NCBI GenBank assembly: GCA_000708835.1 | Contig: DF237479.1 | Coordinates: 1 to 64,000, forward strand | Direction of reading: 5' to 3' | Source of the DNA: Klebsormidium nitens | Taxonomy: Eukaryota; Plantae; Klebsormidiophyceae | Length of the DNA: 64,000 bases | In this document: in pieces, positions 24,358 to 37,504 of the stretch | Numbering within the stretch: position 1 is the first letter of the stretch | How the letters are laid out: each line of letters starts with the position of its first letter | Notes under the pieces: model-generated | Database searches by the model: none | What the model was told of the DNA's origin: nothing | What the model saw: the letters and a program-made list of their open reading frames with translations, nothing else | Made by a program: the position numbers and the translations under genes

Positions 24358-25363
24358 TCACTTTGCCACCTCGGCATCATCGTCATAATTCGGGTCCCTG
24401 GGGTCGATTGTGTCTACCCCGTCCAGCTCCTCACCGGCCTTTCCCCATCCGCCATACCCCTCTGCAAACAGGGCAAAAGGAAATTATTTGTCAGAAACTC
24501 TGCTGAGAAGTTACACATTTGATGGTGCCCAATGTCGGCGCACTTGTCATAGACCAGTAGAAGGCATGAAGAATAGGGAAGCTAGCGGCATAGAGCTGGT
24601 ACACAACCTGGTGGGAACTTGACATGCTTCACTGGACCTTGTAGGCATTGCATAGCGAGCAAAATTCAGGAAGAAAGCTTCCAGAAGTTCAATAATGATG
24701 TCCTGATGACAAGCTCTTCTATTAACCTTATCCTTGATTGATGGGAAGGTTCTTCTCAGTTGCTCTCATCGCCGGTCAATGCAGTCAGAGGCAGTAAAGT
24801 ATCAATTTTGAGTAAGAACGTTCTCTTTCTGAACCCCACATATTCCACAGGCGATGGAACCTCATCGTAGAGCACAACTTGACACTGGTACTCTTTCGTA
24901 CAGAATTACCCCACCTTATACAGACTTTATGCAGCCTCCTCAAATGTACAGACAATGACTGACACAGTCAGTGTACAGAAGTACCCTACCTTTCTTGGGT
25001 GAGCCATAATAGGCAGAGCCTGTTGCAAAAAAGAAGCGGTCAATTTATGAACACTCAAAAGCACTGGAGAGATTGCAGACGCAATGTAGCGCTAAGAAAG
25101 GCTAACAACAGGTTTTGAACACAACCAACAGGTATAGATAAGACCGAAATTGTGACGTGATGCTTCTTGAAGTGCACACCATACATACTTGCTCACAGCT
25201 TGCGCCTCATTCCTACCATTGGTACACGTCTTAAAAGCATTTGACACTGCGAGGACAGGCGGCGAGCCCACTCACCCGAGTGCCTCTCGAGCCGGACCGC
25301 TCCCTTTTTCACCTGGAGGTGATGCTCATGCTTGGCAGCTCCGGTGTTTGCAGTCCCTGTCAT
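24358..25363 (-). CDS. 73-aa microprotein carrying a PDCD4-N-terminal / SERBP1-Stm1-Stf2-like motif, no MA3 domain; 3 exons; not in the ORF track
   Basis: Exons 25363-25276, 25019-24990 and 24461-24358 (donors GTGAGT and GTAGGG; acceptors CAACAG and TTGCAG; both introns phase 1) give MTGTANTGAAKHEHHLQVKKGAVRLERHSGSAYYGSPKKEGYGGWGKAGEELDGVDTIDPRDPNYDDDAEVAK*. Confidence 0.8.
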
Positions 25364-25727
25364 GGCGGCTCAAAGGAGGGGAATGTACGACGCCTCGCTT
25401 GCTTGATTGACTTTCTTCACAAGGTTTTCCTGCGTTTTCCTGCATTGCAGATTCTGACCCGCGGGGCCGGGGCTGAAAACTCGAAAGCTTGGAAGACGGG
25501 TTCACTGTTTGGCTTGACACCGTTCTGGATATCTCATTCTTGTTAAATCCCAACAGATTTAAGTAGTGTCAAGTCTCACGTCCCGTGAAGTGATCATTGA
25601 AAGCTGACGTGGAGGATGTCCAGCAATGCTCATATTATTATGAGTCATTGTGTGTGAGGATTGGCACCAATTGGCAAATGCAGCATTGCAAGACTTCGCA
25701 TTCTGGATGCTTCGCATTTCTCCATTA

Positions 25728-26880
25728 GGGTACCGTCATTTTGTAACTGGTACCCCCCCATATTTAAATCGACCATTTTCGGAAGTGGCCCCTTGCCAGG
25801 ACCCCTGGGGGGCCTCGGCTGCGCGGAGAGGCCCCAAGCCCCCCCCGCCCCNNNNNNNNNNNNNNNNNNNNNNNNNNNNNNNNNNNNNNNNNNNNNNNNN
25901 NNNNNNNNNNNNNNNNNNNNNNNNNNNNNNNNNNNNNNNNNNNNNNNNNNNNNNNNNNNNNNNNNNNNNNNNNNNNNNNNNNNNNNNNNNNNNNNNNNNN
26001 NNNNNNNNNNNNNNNNNNNNNNNNNNNNNNNNNNNNNNNNNNNNNNNNNNNNNNNNNNNNNNNNNNNNNNNNNNNNNNNNNNNNNNNNNNNNNNNNNNNN
26101 NNNNNNNNNNNNNNNNNNNNNNNNNNNNNNNNNNNNNNNNNNNNNNNNNNNNNNNNNNNNNNNNNNNNNNNNNNNNNNNNNNNNNNNNNNNNNNNNNNNN
26201 NNNNNNNNNNNNNNNNNNNNNNNNNNNNNNNNNNNNNNNNNNNNNNNNNNNNNNNNNNNNNNNNNNNNNNNNNNNNNNNNNNNNNNNNNNNNNNNNNNNN
26301 NNNNNNNNNNNNNNNNNNNNNNNNNNNNNNNNNNNNNNNNNNNNNNNNNNNNNNNNNNNNNNNNNNNNNNNNNNNNNNNNNNNNNNNNNNNNNNNNNNNN
26401 NNNNNNNNNNNNNNNNNNNNNNNNNNNNNNNNNNNNNNNNNNNNNNNNNNNNNNNNNNNNNNNNNNNNNNNNNNNNNNNNNNNNNNNNNNNNNNNNNNNN
26501 NNNNNNNNNNNNNNNNNNNNNNNNNNNNNNNNNNNNNNNNNNNNNNNNNNNNNNNNNNNNNNNNNNNNNNNNNNNNNNNNNNNNNNNNNNNNNNNNNNNN
26601 NNNNNNNNNNNNNNNNNNNNNNNNNNNNNNNNNNNNNNNNNNNNNNNNNNNNNNNNNNNNNNNNNNNNNNNNNNNNNNNNNNNNNNNNNNNNNNNNNNNN
26701 NNNNNNNNNNNNNNNNNNNNNNNNNNNNNNNNNNNNNNNNNNNNNNNNNNNNNNNNNNNNNNNNNNNNNNNNNNNNNNNNNNNNNNNNNNNCCCCCTCCA
26801 CCCTGCGTCACCACTGAGGCCTCGAGCCCCCCCCCCCCAAATAAATATGGGGGGGTACCAGGTACAAAATGACGGTACCC
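25728..26880. mobile_element. Non-autonomous PIF/Harbinger-type element (MITE-like); interior mostly assembly gap
   Basis: ~39-bp terminal inverted repeats GGGTACCGTCATTTTGTA.CTGGTACCCCCCCATATTTA (25728-25766 and 26842-26880), flanked by a TTA target-site duplication (25725-25727 and 26881-26883). Confidence 0.85.
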
Positions 26881-26998
26881 TTAGATATACTTCTCGGAGA
26901 TGGCCATCACGCATGGTGGTATGTAATTGAGGCTGCTTAGCAGCAAAGACACGCTTGAGCGGACCGTTTGTGGGTGACTGGCTGGTCGGACAGGGGTC

Positions 26999-29900
26999 AT
27001 GGCGCCGGGAACAGGGGCTCCTCTGCTAATTTTCCAGTGCCAGCACTGTAATGCAATCCTGGGAGACTCCTTATCTTTGGTGGCCACAGACGAGGAGCTG
27101 AGGACTATCACACTGCGAGGTGAGCGTCAATTTTGGCTCCAATGCCAATAGTGGCTGGCATGGTTTGCTCAATGCCCCGACTTTTCAATAAGCTTGGGGC
27201 AGTGTAGTTTATATGCAGGAAGTGTTTGCGCATCTGGAAGACTTCAAGTCACTGAGTTGCAACAAAAGCTGACACCACGCCTTCTTTTATGGTGCATAAT
27301 CATGCACAGCTCTGTCAGTGATCTTGTTTCATTCTTTGCTTCGGCTTATTCAAAGCTGTGACACATACTTACCCTCCTCCTTTCTCCGGCAGGCGCATCA
27401 TCGATCGTTATTCTAGAGGAGCAGCCTCGCACCTATGAAGAGGGCAAAGCAGCTGGAAGGTATGCTGGCTTAGACATCAGCTCTATAATCAGCTCTATAA
27501 GTGCCCTGGCTGTCAATTGTCCAAGTAGGGAGGTCTTTGGGTGTGGCTCCTCGCAATTGCGGCTTACAACCCTGCTGGGGCTACTAAAAGAATGCAGGCG
27601 AAGTTTTTGAGGTTATGATTTCTCGAGGATGCCCCCCAAGCTCGCTTCTGATATGAGGATTGATGCATGATGGCAGTACCGCCTATCCCTGCTCCAAGGC
27701 CCAAGTCCCTGTCGTTCAACATCAGCCTCCTTGTTACTGAAGGACTTTTTCATTTGCCCAAGGAGCCAATTCGAAAGTTACTGTGCATGCTTTGGGCTCT
27801 ATGGAGGAGCCCTTTCCGCAAAGCTGAGAAGCTGTTCCTTGTTGCAATCTTGGAGGGCTGTGACAACACGCAGCCTCAGACCTTCCAGCCAAGGCTTCAA
27901 TGTTTGCCTTGACTCCACTCGAGACAGCGTCTGTTCCAAACTACATGTTTGTGTTTTCCTCCTCATGTCTCCAACCGATTCAAGCATCCGCAATTGTGCC
28001 TCCTGCAGTACCTTCCTGACTATCAAGTGCAAGAGCTGTCGAACGGACGTCGGCGGTGTCTTCATCACCACCCCTCGGAACCTGGACGGCATCAGGTGCG
28101 TCAACCATTCCTCCTTTCCTGTGTTGATGTCATCAGCGTCTGCCCGAAAGCCTTGGCTTATGAAAACCAGCAATCCATGTTTCGCCCTATAAACGAACTC
28201 CTCTATTTAGTATGCGCACAACATCCACTTGTGTGAACTGTAGAGGTCAGTTTAAAGCTGTCTGATCAAATCACAACACCCCATCTTTCGGGGGGATTTT
28301 TGCTAATCGAGTTTTGGCAAGCGCCAGTGAGGCCCTAAAAGCGCAGGTCTCCACAGGGCTTTCATCGATTTTCATTGACTGTCTCTTCTCGTTTATCAAA
28401 GGCTTTGCCTTCTCTGCACTGCAGGGATCTTCTCTCACTTGACGCCCAGAAAATAAGCAGGTGAGAGACCACGATTCTCACCAGTTAACTCCTGTCCCTA
28501 CTTGATGGATGGCAGTGCCATTCGAAGTGGCAAAACCTTCGAAGGCTTCTAACTAAGCTGATCTGTGATATTGGCGCTTTCATGGGGAGGGGTTCAGCAT
28601 GCTCAGATCCAATCCTCTTTCCCATCTCGTCCAGGCGAATTTTTTGTAAGCAATGTTGGCAGATCATTTACTAGTATTTGGGTACAGGAACTGCAAATCT
28701 CATTCCAGTGACAACAAACGTATGTTGGATTTTTCAATTCGAAAAATGCGAGACCGCAGCAGCGCTTATTCTTGCTTGCAGTTACGCCCTGGGGTCCCCT
28801 GAGGTGCTCGCCTCCGCTCCAAATGACGCCCCCGCCCCCCCAGCCATACTCGACCCTTTCACCAGCTCTGCAAAGATTCTGCGGATGGAGTCGGAGCTTC
28901 TCAAGGTAAGGCGCTCTTCGTCTTTTGGGCTTTCGGCAGAAGACTTTTCATGTTAATTATAGGAATACGGTGTGGAATCTTCGGCCTTACACTCTTCGTT
29001 TACTCGAAGGCACCCGTCGCAGCAGAAACGGGTCTCTCGGTTATGCCGCTTTCACAGAAGTGGTAGTTCCGGTGCATCGAGCGGCTCGGCTTTCAAGAAA
29101 CATGTCAAGGGTTGTTCCCTTTCGAGTTGCTCTGGTTTTCGGACCTTCTTCATTTCAAAATTTTTCGAAAAAGAGCTGCTTACCCCTCAGAACGTCCATT
29201 TTAAGATGAACTTGACGGGTCTGATCAATCACAGACGCATCATATTCGACATCATATTCAAGTCTTGGCCTCTTCGTCTTTCGTATGCATTGAATCAGGC
29301 TGTCAGGTCGAACTTTGAATAAGCCTTTGCCGAATACCATCATGACTCCCCTTCCTTCGGTTCAAACAAGGTCTCATTTCGTTCTCGACTAAGGACTATA
29401 TATCATAATGCTTAGACGAAAGGTCGGAGGTTTGCGGCTTCTGCATTTGGAAGAAGGGGACACAGTTCGGGCGTTCTCGTTACAGAATTTTGATCAGTCC
29501 CGTGGCCTCTCCTGTTTTCTTCGTTTTGCCGCACCTCACATTCTGTCTCTACCCAAAAATCGTCCCTTTCCTCTACGTCAAAGCTTTGTCCTCTTTTTTG
29601 CTGCGGTCTGGATCAGAGAATCAGAAATCAGAGGGTAAAACCTTGACGTCGATAACATCTCCTACATTTCCTAGGTGAAAGAATTGATGCCTTCTGCCGT
29701 GCTTCGATTCTGTTTGCTTTTCAATGCTGATAGACGTATCCCGTCCTTACTTTGCATGTTCATTCGGGAGCCTTGGCGTCCCATAAGATCATTTTCTCGC
29801 GCTCACGCTTGTCCCTTGTCACCCCTTGACGTGGCCGTCGAAAGGATCGGTCCTTCCGCCACTTCTTACTTCAAAAACAGCCTCTCCGTTCTTTGAAAAG

Positions 29901-30218
29901 CAGACTCTCCTTCTGGTAGGTCAACTTGACTCCTTCTGTTTCGGGCGTTGGAAGACATGACCCCTTGCACGTCAGGCACTGAGAATCTGCTTTCTGTAGG
30001 TCGAGAACATGATCTTGCTCCACAGCGAGCGGCTCGACCAACTAGAAGGGGCGGGACGGGACTTGCCATCCACCGCAGGGGACGAAGAAACGAACGACCG
30101 TCGCGGTGAGGGCCTCGAAGGAGGAGCGCAAGCGATGGAAGAGGCCAAAGTGGCACAAGGAACAGGTGAGATGTCATTCCGGTCGCTTGTAGCTTGTAGC
30201 TGTCTTCATCTTGTCTGA
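26999..30218 (+). CDS. Mis18/Yippee-domain zinc-binding protein with C-terminal coiled coil
   Basis: Exons 26999-27119, 27393-27459, 28009-28095, 28425-28460, 28782-28905 and 30000-30165 (then either read-through to the stop at 30218 or a further unidentified exon). Motifs LLIFQCQHCNAILGDS and IKCKSCRTDVG...F.TTP..LD.IR...SY.LG, plus helix ILRMESELLKVENMILLHSERLDQLE. Confidence 0.8.
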
Positions 30219-32720
30219 TTCCGAGACGGGTTGGACTGGAGTATGTTGACCGCAAAAGGGCTATGCAGTGACTGGTCTCTCTTGAGCAACGACCTGGGTG
30301 CTCATTACCGAAGCAGATGAACTAGGATCTGGCATCTGCTTCCACAGTCACGTTGCGGATTCTTCTCTTGACATTGTTCGCCGCACTCCGGAGGCGTCTT
30401 GGTAGTCGTTCAATCGCATGCCCTCTTAGCAACTCGCACGCCCAATGAGTTTGGCCTGAAGTCTTTCGAGGCAACTATTTCTGCCTGATCAAGAATCAGA
30501 AGCGGGAGGGTTGTTGGCGAGATGCTATGATGAGTATATCTGGTCCAGATTGCTATCATATTGCAAAAGTTCATCTGCAGCGTTGTCTCGATGCGGCACT
30601 CCATCAGACTTGATCTGAGTGTCCCCATTTCAATAGAAACTCTTGACGAGAACACTCCTGCCCGTCACAGGTCAACCTGATGGCCGGCTCGAGAACCCCG
30701 TAGCACTAGGGGAGCCAGGTTCTAAACCTGAATTGCATCCTGCTGGCCGTGGCAAGAGAGGGTTAGAAGCGGACGAGTTGCCATTGACAAGACAAAGACG
30801 AAAAGGCACACGTGCATGACTAGGATTGTTGACTCGTAAATGCATGCGTCAATCTATGGCATACGTTGAGATTGTATTGAGGTGTTTGTTGGCACTGCGC
30901 ACAGCGACAGTAGCGCACCTTCAATGGACTTGTAGTCACAAGATAAACGAATTCGAGCCCATACTGGTACTGATGGTCCTACAGATCCATTGTAAGAGCA
31001 CTGCTACAGCGGAGCACCCATGTTTGGCACTCAGGTGCGCATGGTTCGTATACGGTTTAGTGCTAGCTTTGATCTTTGTCAACTCACAATGTGATTATTG
31101 GTCGGACCCCGGCATGACATAAACGGTTTGACGATGCAAGTTGATGCACGCGAGAAATTACCGTCAGAATAAATCACTAGTACCTAGCCAAACTTTTAGG
31201 TAGAACGGTTTGCTTGAGGTGGTGCATGCCTCAATGGGCAAATATGCACTACCGGTAATAGGCACGACGTACCTACCCCTACCAGGACATCGCAAAATGT
31301 TGCAAGCTAGCTTGTTCAATGCTGCCAAGTTTTGTAACTTGTAAGCAACTGAGGGGCACAGCTTTTGAAACATCGCTGTCAAAGCACTTCTACGGTGGCC
31401 AGCCATTTGAAAGCTTCGAGTCGAGCCACCAAGTCAGGCTTGACTCTCGAGAAGCTCCGAAAAGGCATTGGTCATCACTGATGAGGTAGCATGTACGTCA
31501 TGTTAGTCATGTTGCTTTGTTGTTAGTAACTGCTTGGTAACTAGCTATAGAACATTTTTTGATGAAGCCCGAACTCCGAAATTGCTTGTTTCTGCGCCAT
31601 GGGCCCAGGTGCCCGGCTAAGCGTGTACTAATAGAAGTGACCATCACTCATATCCACGCCGTCCGCGATCAAAGTCCTGATGTCATCGACGGCTGACAAC
31701 GAAAGTAAGCTTCCGGACCATCTCTTCCTTATTCTTCCCCTTGGCCTTGCAATACTGTGCACTGCTGCCACTGCACTGCACTCGATCTGCAGACTCGGAG
31801 CAAAGTTGGAGCAGCTCATGCAGCTTTGGACCTGGTGAATGCGTCGCTGCCAGGGCCAGTGGCAGGGGCTCATTTGTAAGGGATGGCAGCTCATTCGGAG
31901 CTTCCAGCTTGAGAGGAGGGGTCCTGGAAGCTCCATCAGAGCAGGAAGGGTTTTCTGGTCGTGCACGCCCTCAGAGCTGGATGTTCAAGTCCTAACCAGC
32001 TAGTCATGGCTTCTTTTTCTACACTCGTCCTATTTCTGACGTTTGCACTTGCAAGTGGTGCTTCCCCTCTGAATGGCGCTTCGCACGAAATTTCGTCAGG
32101 TAAGACAATCCTTTCATTCCATTGCTAGCACCCGCGATAAATGCAGCAAAGAACTGTAAACAAGTCCCATGCAGCTTTTGGTCGTTTGCCTGATGAAGGG
32201 TGGTTAATTGCATGGTAGGTGTGTTTATTGGCAAGGTGGAATCTTTGGTTCTCTGTCACAATTCGCGATGGTCATATGACACTCGTGTGATCTTGACGAG
32301 GTCTGGCTGCGTCTGCCAGCTTGCATTTCTTATGAACTCCTCGTTTAAGCATGGGGCATCGTTCGGTGCAAGGCCGCGCCCAAGCCTCTTGCAGCTTCCG
32401 TCATTCGTTGAATATTGCAAATAAAGCGCCTCTCGTCTTGTTTGGGAGTTCACATATTTTCAAATGCATGATTAAAAGATTACTGTGATCACCTTTTGTT
32501 CGCTCTTGGCAAAACTGTGCTTTAAAGAGGATATATAAAGCACTTTGTTCAAGAGCTTTCTTGCACAGAACACCATTGGCAAATGAGTAGAAGATGGATA
32601 TAGCCATTCGCTCCGCTGTCCAGGGAAGGACAACTGATTCTTCGCTCCGACAGTGGGAATACAGAAGCAGAACAAACATGAACAGTGAATGCTCAGCCGC
32701 CAACTCTCTCTTCTTTGCAG

Positions 32721-35700
32721 AGCTGCGACCCGGCGAGGACGCCACTCTTGTCTTGCCGGCACGCGTTCGCATTACCCCCAAATGGCGCATCCTCCACCCT
32801 CACAAAGCCTTCTCTGTGGTGCACGTGAATATCTCAGCAGGGCCTTCAGTCAAGGCCGAGTACTGTCTGCACCAGAATGAGTCGCTTGAGGCTGGCTCGT
32901 GCGTGGCATGGGGGGCAAAGTCAGGGCTGCTCCTGAAGGGCATCCCGAGGGTGGAAACAAAGTCGCCGTTCGAGCCTGCGTTCCTGGACGTGAACACGAG
33001 CGCAAAGGGCTTGGCGGGGAAGCATGCGACGGTGGCGGTCACTGAAGGTACGCTTGCAGTAGGACATTCGTTTGTCTCTTACTTGGAAGACAATTTTGAA
33101 CTGGAATGTTTTTCCGCAAACTCAAGATAAAACTTTGGTTCTGGAATGCTCCATGCGCAGGCTTCTCGCTGCACAGTCTCACCTTCAGTGTGTCGGGCCA
33201 CCAACCGCTTCCACGAAGCTTTCCAAGTCCCAAGTTTTGACCATCCAAAAGTCAGTTACCCTGTTCCCAGAGTCTCTCAAGTTTTAGGAGCTCCCCCTTC
33301 ACAAAGCAGACTGTAGCCCCACCACGTCAATCTGGTCTAGCCTGCGCTGCTGCTATGGAATATCAGATCAGAGGAATCTCCTGATCAAACTCAACTATTT
33401 TTAACGTCAAAACTTTTTCAGGTTCGCCTGACGGTTCTCGTTGTCTCAGATTCCTCCTGATTAGCCAGCTCGGCTCGTATCCGAGCAGACTGACTTTCTT
33501 TTATATGGTGTGTCATGTCCCGTTCTTTTCTACAAGGTCCCTTTCGATTCAAATTTTACGTGTTTGACCCTTGGCTCAGTGAACGGTGATCCTCCTTAGC
33601 AGCGCAATCCATAGAAGTATTGAATAGAACTTCTCGATTCCAAAACGTGATCCGGAGTTCTCGCTCCTTCATAACCCCAAACCCTTCCACTTCTCCCCCT
33701 GCAGACTTCCAGCCGCACCGCCTCATCTTCTTCCTCCTCGGCCATGCGTTCCTGCTCGTAGCGCCACTTGTCAGCACCTCACTGGCGTTCTACTACGGCT
33801 CCGGCATGATGTTCGGCGTCATCCTGGTCGCCGTTTTTATTGCTTTCCAGATGAGCCGCCTGCTGCCCGTCAACCGCAAGAAGGCCTGGAACGCACTCAT
33901 CCTCGGCTCCATGGTGAGGGCGGCTTCTTTCTTGTCTCTTTGTTCCATTCTTTGGTTTCGTTTGATTCTCCCTTCACCTACCTTCGGCTCTCCTCTCATT
34001 CATCCTTGTCGTTGGGAAGTGTACTCCCAGCTGGTTGTCAGCTGGAGGATTGAGTATTCACATCCAGCCAACAAAAGCGGTCTCTGAAGCTCTTCAAGTA
34101 GTGATGGCACAATTTGGGTGATACCTGGGAAACTTTGGTCCTGTGGTGAACATAATGGGACTTTCAAGGATTTCATATGTGGCCCTCTTGCTTTTTTCTG
34201 CATCAGAAAACGGGACCCTTTGGCCTGCTTTTGACAGAAAACGATGCCCGTCAGTATACTCAAGCAATGGCTATGCCGCTCCATACCTGAAATGGGAGGG
34301 TCTGTGACGTGTGCCCATTGATAGGCCACCCGGCAACACCCGCCCGGGAGTTGCGGACCCTTTCGTGGCGGAGCTTCCGCGAAGGATGCACGTAGACGTT
34401 GCTACAAGAGCGGGGCCCCGATTGCCCCCTCGAGAATCGAGACTCCAGATTCGTAGAGAAACACAACCTGCATCTTTAAACCTCACGTGATGCAATTCTG
34501 AAGGCCTGGACTTTTGTTGCAGCTTGGTTTGAGCACCATGGTGTGGGACAGCATCCAGAGCCTCTTGGTCGGGGCGCTGCGGAACCTCGGGCTGGATCAA
34601 GGAGCAGAGACACTGGTGAGTCGCCGGTCGATGTATTCTATTGTCAAGATTTTATCAGGTGACCATTACAATCTGCGCTTTCCTATTCGATCACACATGT
34701 TAGATGAAACCGTTCGGAATGCAGTAGGTGGTGGCCTCTTGTCACCAGGTGCGTAGACGGTCTCGTTTAGCAGCCAGCTTTCAAAAAGCGTCACAGGATT
34801 ACGCTTCTCGAGTTCAGCTCGAAGCTCGCTCCTAGTATTGCGTGACGTCTTAGTGGACAGAAGAAGTGACCCGGAGGAAATCTGCATTGATGAGAAAGAG
34901 AGCGGAACTCAATTAAATGTCGACACAGGCAGGTTCTCCTCGACAGGCCTCGATGCGCAGTTTTAGAAACCTGCAATTGATTTTACTGACTGCTTGGGAA
35001 GAGCAGGCCCTTTTCGTCTTTTTTTGATCTGCGGGCCTCATTCATTTTCTTCGTCGTCCCTTCAACATCCAGTTCGCTAGACTGACCCGTTTCTTGATCA
35101 AAAGCCCTGCCAGTGTCTTGACCTCTGGAACTGCACATGTAATACCCTCGTTCGTCCCGGCCTCTTCCGCTATTGTCCTCAACACAAATGCCCTCAGGGT
35201 GTCTTTATCAGTCACCAAGAACGTGCTCCTTGAGCATCTCGACAACGAGCTGGGAGAACGATATGACACCTGTCAGCACGTCAACCTGACCCGCGGTTCC
35301 TCTGCAGGTCTTCCCCTTCGCGGTCTTGATCGTGCTGCTCATTGGCGCGTTCCTGGGGTTCTGGCTCGTTCGAAAGTTCGTTTTGGACGCGACGGGCAGC
35401 CCGGACAAGGACACGGCGACCTTCGTGGAGTGGGCCATCAAGCTGACGGCGTTCCTCATGCTGTTTCTGGTGAGTTGTTCTCTCTGTGAACCCTTTTCCC
35501 CTTCTGCTTTCTTCAAGTCCTTTTCTCCTTCTGGCGAGTCGTTCTCTTTGTGAGTCCTTTCTTTTTCTGATCGGTCTTTGTCGCTCTCGGTCTCTTTCTC
35601 TTTCTGGTGAGTCTTTTGGAGAGAGACCTCGCTTTTGACACCCCGTTTTAGCTCCACTTGGGTCATGGAAGCGCGAATCTTCTCTGTTCACAGGATATTC

Positions 35701-37504
35701 CTACTGTATGAGCTTCACCGAAACACTCTCATTTGCTTCGTCTAGGAGGCCCATGCTTATGAAGATTATATAGTAAGTGCAGCAGTCCGCATCATTGGGT
35801 GGGGAAACCTGCAAAGAAAACCTCTGGTCCAGCTTCTGAGAAGGGAGCGCTCTTTCCGAACGCCGTCTTCATCGACTCTCCGTAAATTCGGAACCCCTAC
35901 TGAGCGCTTGAGAACGATCTCTTGCGGGCTATAATAACGCGCTTATTGAGCTTGTCGAGCTTATTAAGTTCTCTGTTAACGCATCTTCCGTGTCCGTTTT
36001 CCAGAACGGGTCTCCAATGATGCAGTTGACGTGATCGATTAACAGTACAAGTTTTGTCTTTGCGACTTCGGTTGACATCTTCATGCCAGTCAGGGGACAG
36101 TTCCGGACATTCGGAACCGTATACTGCTTATGCCGAAATCGATACCCCTCCAGAACCAGGGAAGGGCTACAACAAGAAACCTCGACAAGCGTGCTTATTT
36201 CCGGGTCTGCCGTGACGTTGCCGAAGGCCACTGATCCGTCGTATCGTTCTTCACGCTTTGCTTCCGTCCTGTTGTTGCTATATCCTGAATTATACATCAA
36301 GCTTCGCCCACACTGTCGCCGTTCAGGTTCCTTCCTGCATCAGACTTATGTATGTTACGACGGTAGTATGCGCTGATGTTGTCCGGAAGCAAGCTGCCAC
36401 TTCAGATTCAAATCTTTGCTGATGCTCACACGTTCACAGTGTGAATTGTTGCATGCAGAGTTCGAACGATTGGGTCTTTCAGATCCTGTTGCCCCTCTCC
36501 GGAGTCGTGACGATCTGGGGTTACAAAATTGTGCGGGCACGCCTCAGCAAAGCACCAGAGGAGCCAGGAATATCAGACGAGTAAGCGTTCTCACATCCAA
36601 ACCCTTTGCTGAACACGTGGATCCGTCCGCGCTTTCTCTAACATCTAGTGGTCGCTCGAGAAACTCTGCCGTTCATACATCTCGACACGTCGGATTTTGT
36701 CCATATAGTGTGCGCTTTTTATGCTGGTTTTTTGGATGCTCAATTCCACTTCCCGTTTGTGATTGGACCGCAGAATGCTCATCTGTTGCGGGGTCGTGGT
36801 TTTGGCGAAAATCCTATCAGAGGGTAGATGGGATTGATCCACCTCGAAATTGACCGTGCAGCTGATACATGTCGATTACAACCGTTTGAATTTTTGAATC
36901 CGAGCTCAACGACTGGATGAAAGCATTGCGATCCGCACAAGGGTTTTGGGTCAAAAGCTTTGAGCCTGACGCGGTCCGGTTCTGTTGGGCGGTTATCAAT
37001 GATGTACGGAGCATCTATCAGTAATTACGTTCACATTACAATCCACATCCGGCAGCAACGGAGAACGGATGACATGGTGCTCTCTGAAAGGCTGGATTTA
37101 TGTTGTCCCGCTTCATATCGTACAGCTTGGACGAGATGGAGATAGACGTCAGAACGCCTTCCCCATCGTTTGACACGTGGCAGCAGCGGAAGCGCGAGCA
37201 CCGGCGCAACTCTGCCTCTAGCGACTTGGACATCGACCACACCGCGTTCCCATCTAGTTTCCAGACGCCGGATAAAAGCAAGCTTCACTCGGCGAGAGAA
37301 GTCGAGGAAGTGTCGCGGCAGCTTACGGAGAAAAGTCTTGCGGATCTGATGAAAAGCCCGCAGTTTACGGAATGGTTGTCTTCGAAGGCCACGGATAGGA
37401 TACAGGTGTCGCCGTTGTCGGCGCGAAGAAACAGGACACCGCAGGAGATAGAGAAGACAGCGAGCGAAGGCGACAGTATTGTGACGAAGCTGAAGTTCTG
37501 GTAG
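32721..37504 (+). CDS. NEMP1: Nuclear envelope integral membrane protein NEMP/PNET2 (DUF2215) family; first exon and some middle exons not resolved
   Basis: Exons 32721-33047, 33705-33913, 34523-34615, 35308-35469, probably 36483-36580, and 37126-37504. Motifs FYYGSGMMFGVILVAVFIAFQMSRLLP, GAFLGFWLVRKFVL, and the C-terminal FPSSFQTP...LTEKSLADLMKSPQFTEWL...DRI. Confidence 0.8.
35461..35612 (+). repeat. Short echoes of a NEMP splice donor
   Basis: TTCTG|G(T/C)GAGT at exon end 35469 (real), 35533 and 35606; the first two also share the downstream GTTCTCT.TGTGA. Confidence 0.55.

Noticed and set aside
25645-26930. Long ORFs in the ORF track (389-426 aa)
   Set aside because: They run through N gaps and are artefacts; the flanks are transposon TIRs.
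31680-31835. Candidate first exon(s) of the NEMP gene
   Set aside because: Several splice options, none giving a convincing ATG plus signal peptide in frame; left unassigned.
35208-35666. Lys/Glu-rich minus-strand ORF
   Set aside because: Antisense of a CT-rich NEMP intron and exon.
36279-36290. ATATCCTG as a second U12 donor in NEMP
   Set aside because: No matching branch/AC acceptor or frame-consistent exon could be built.
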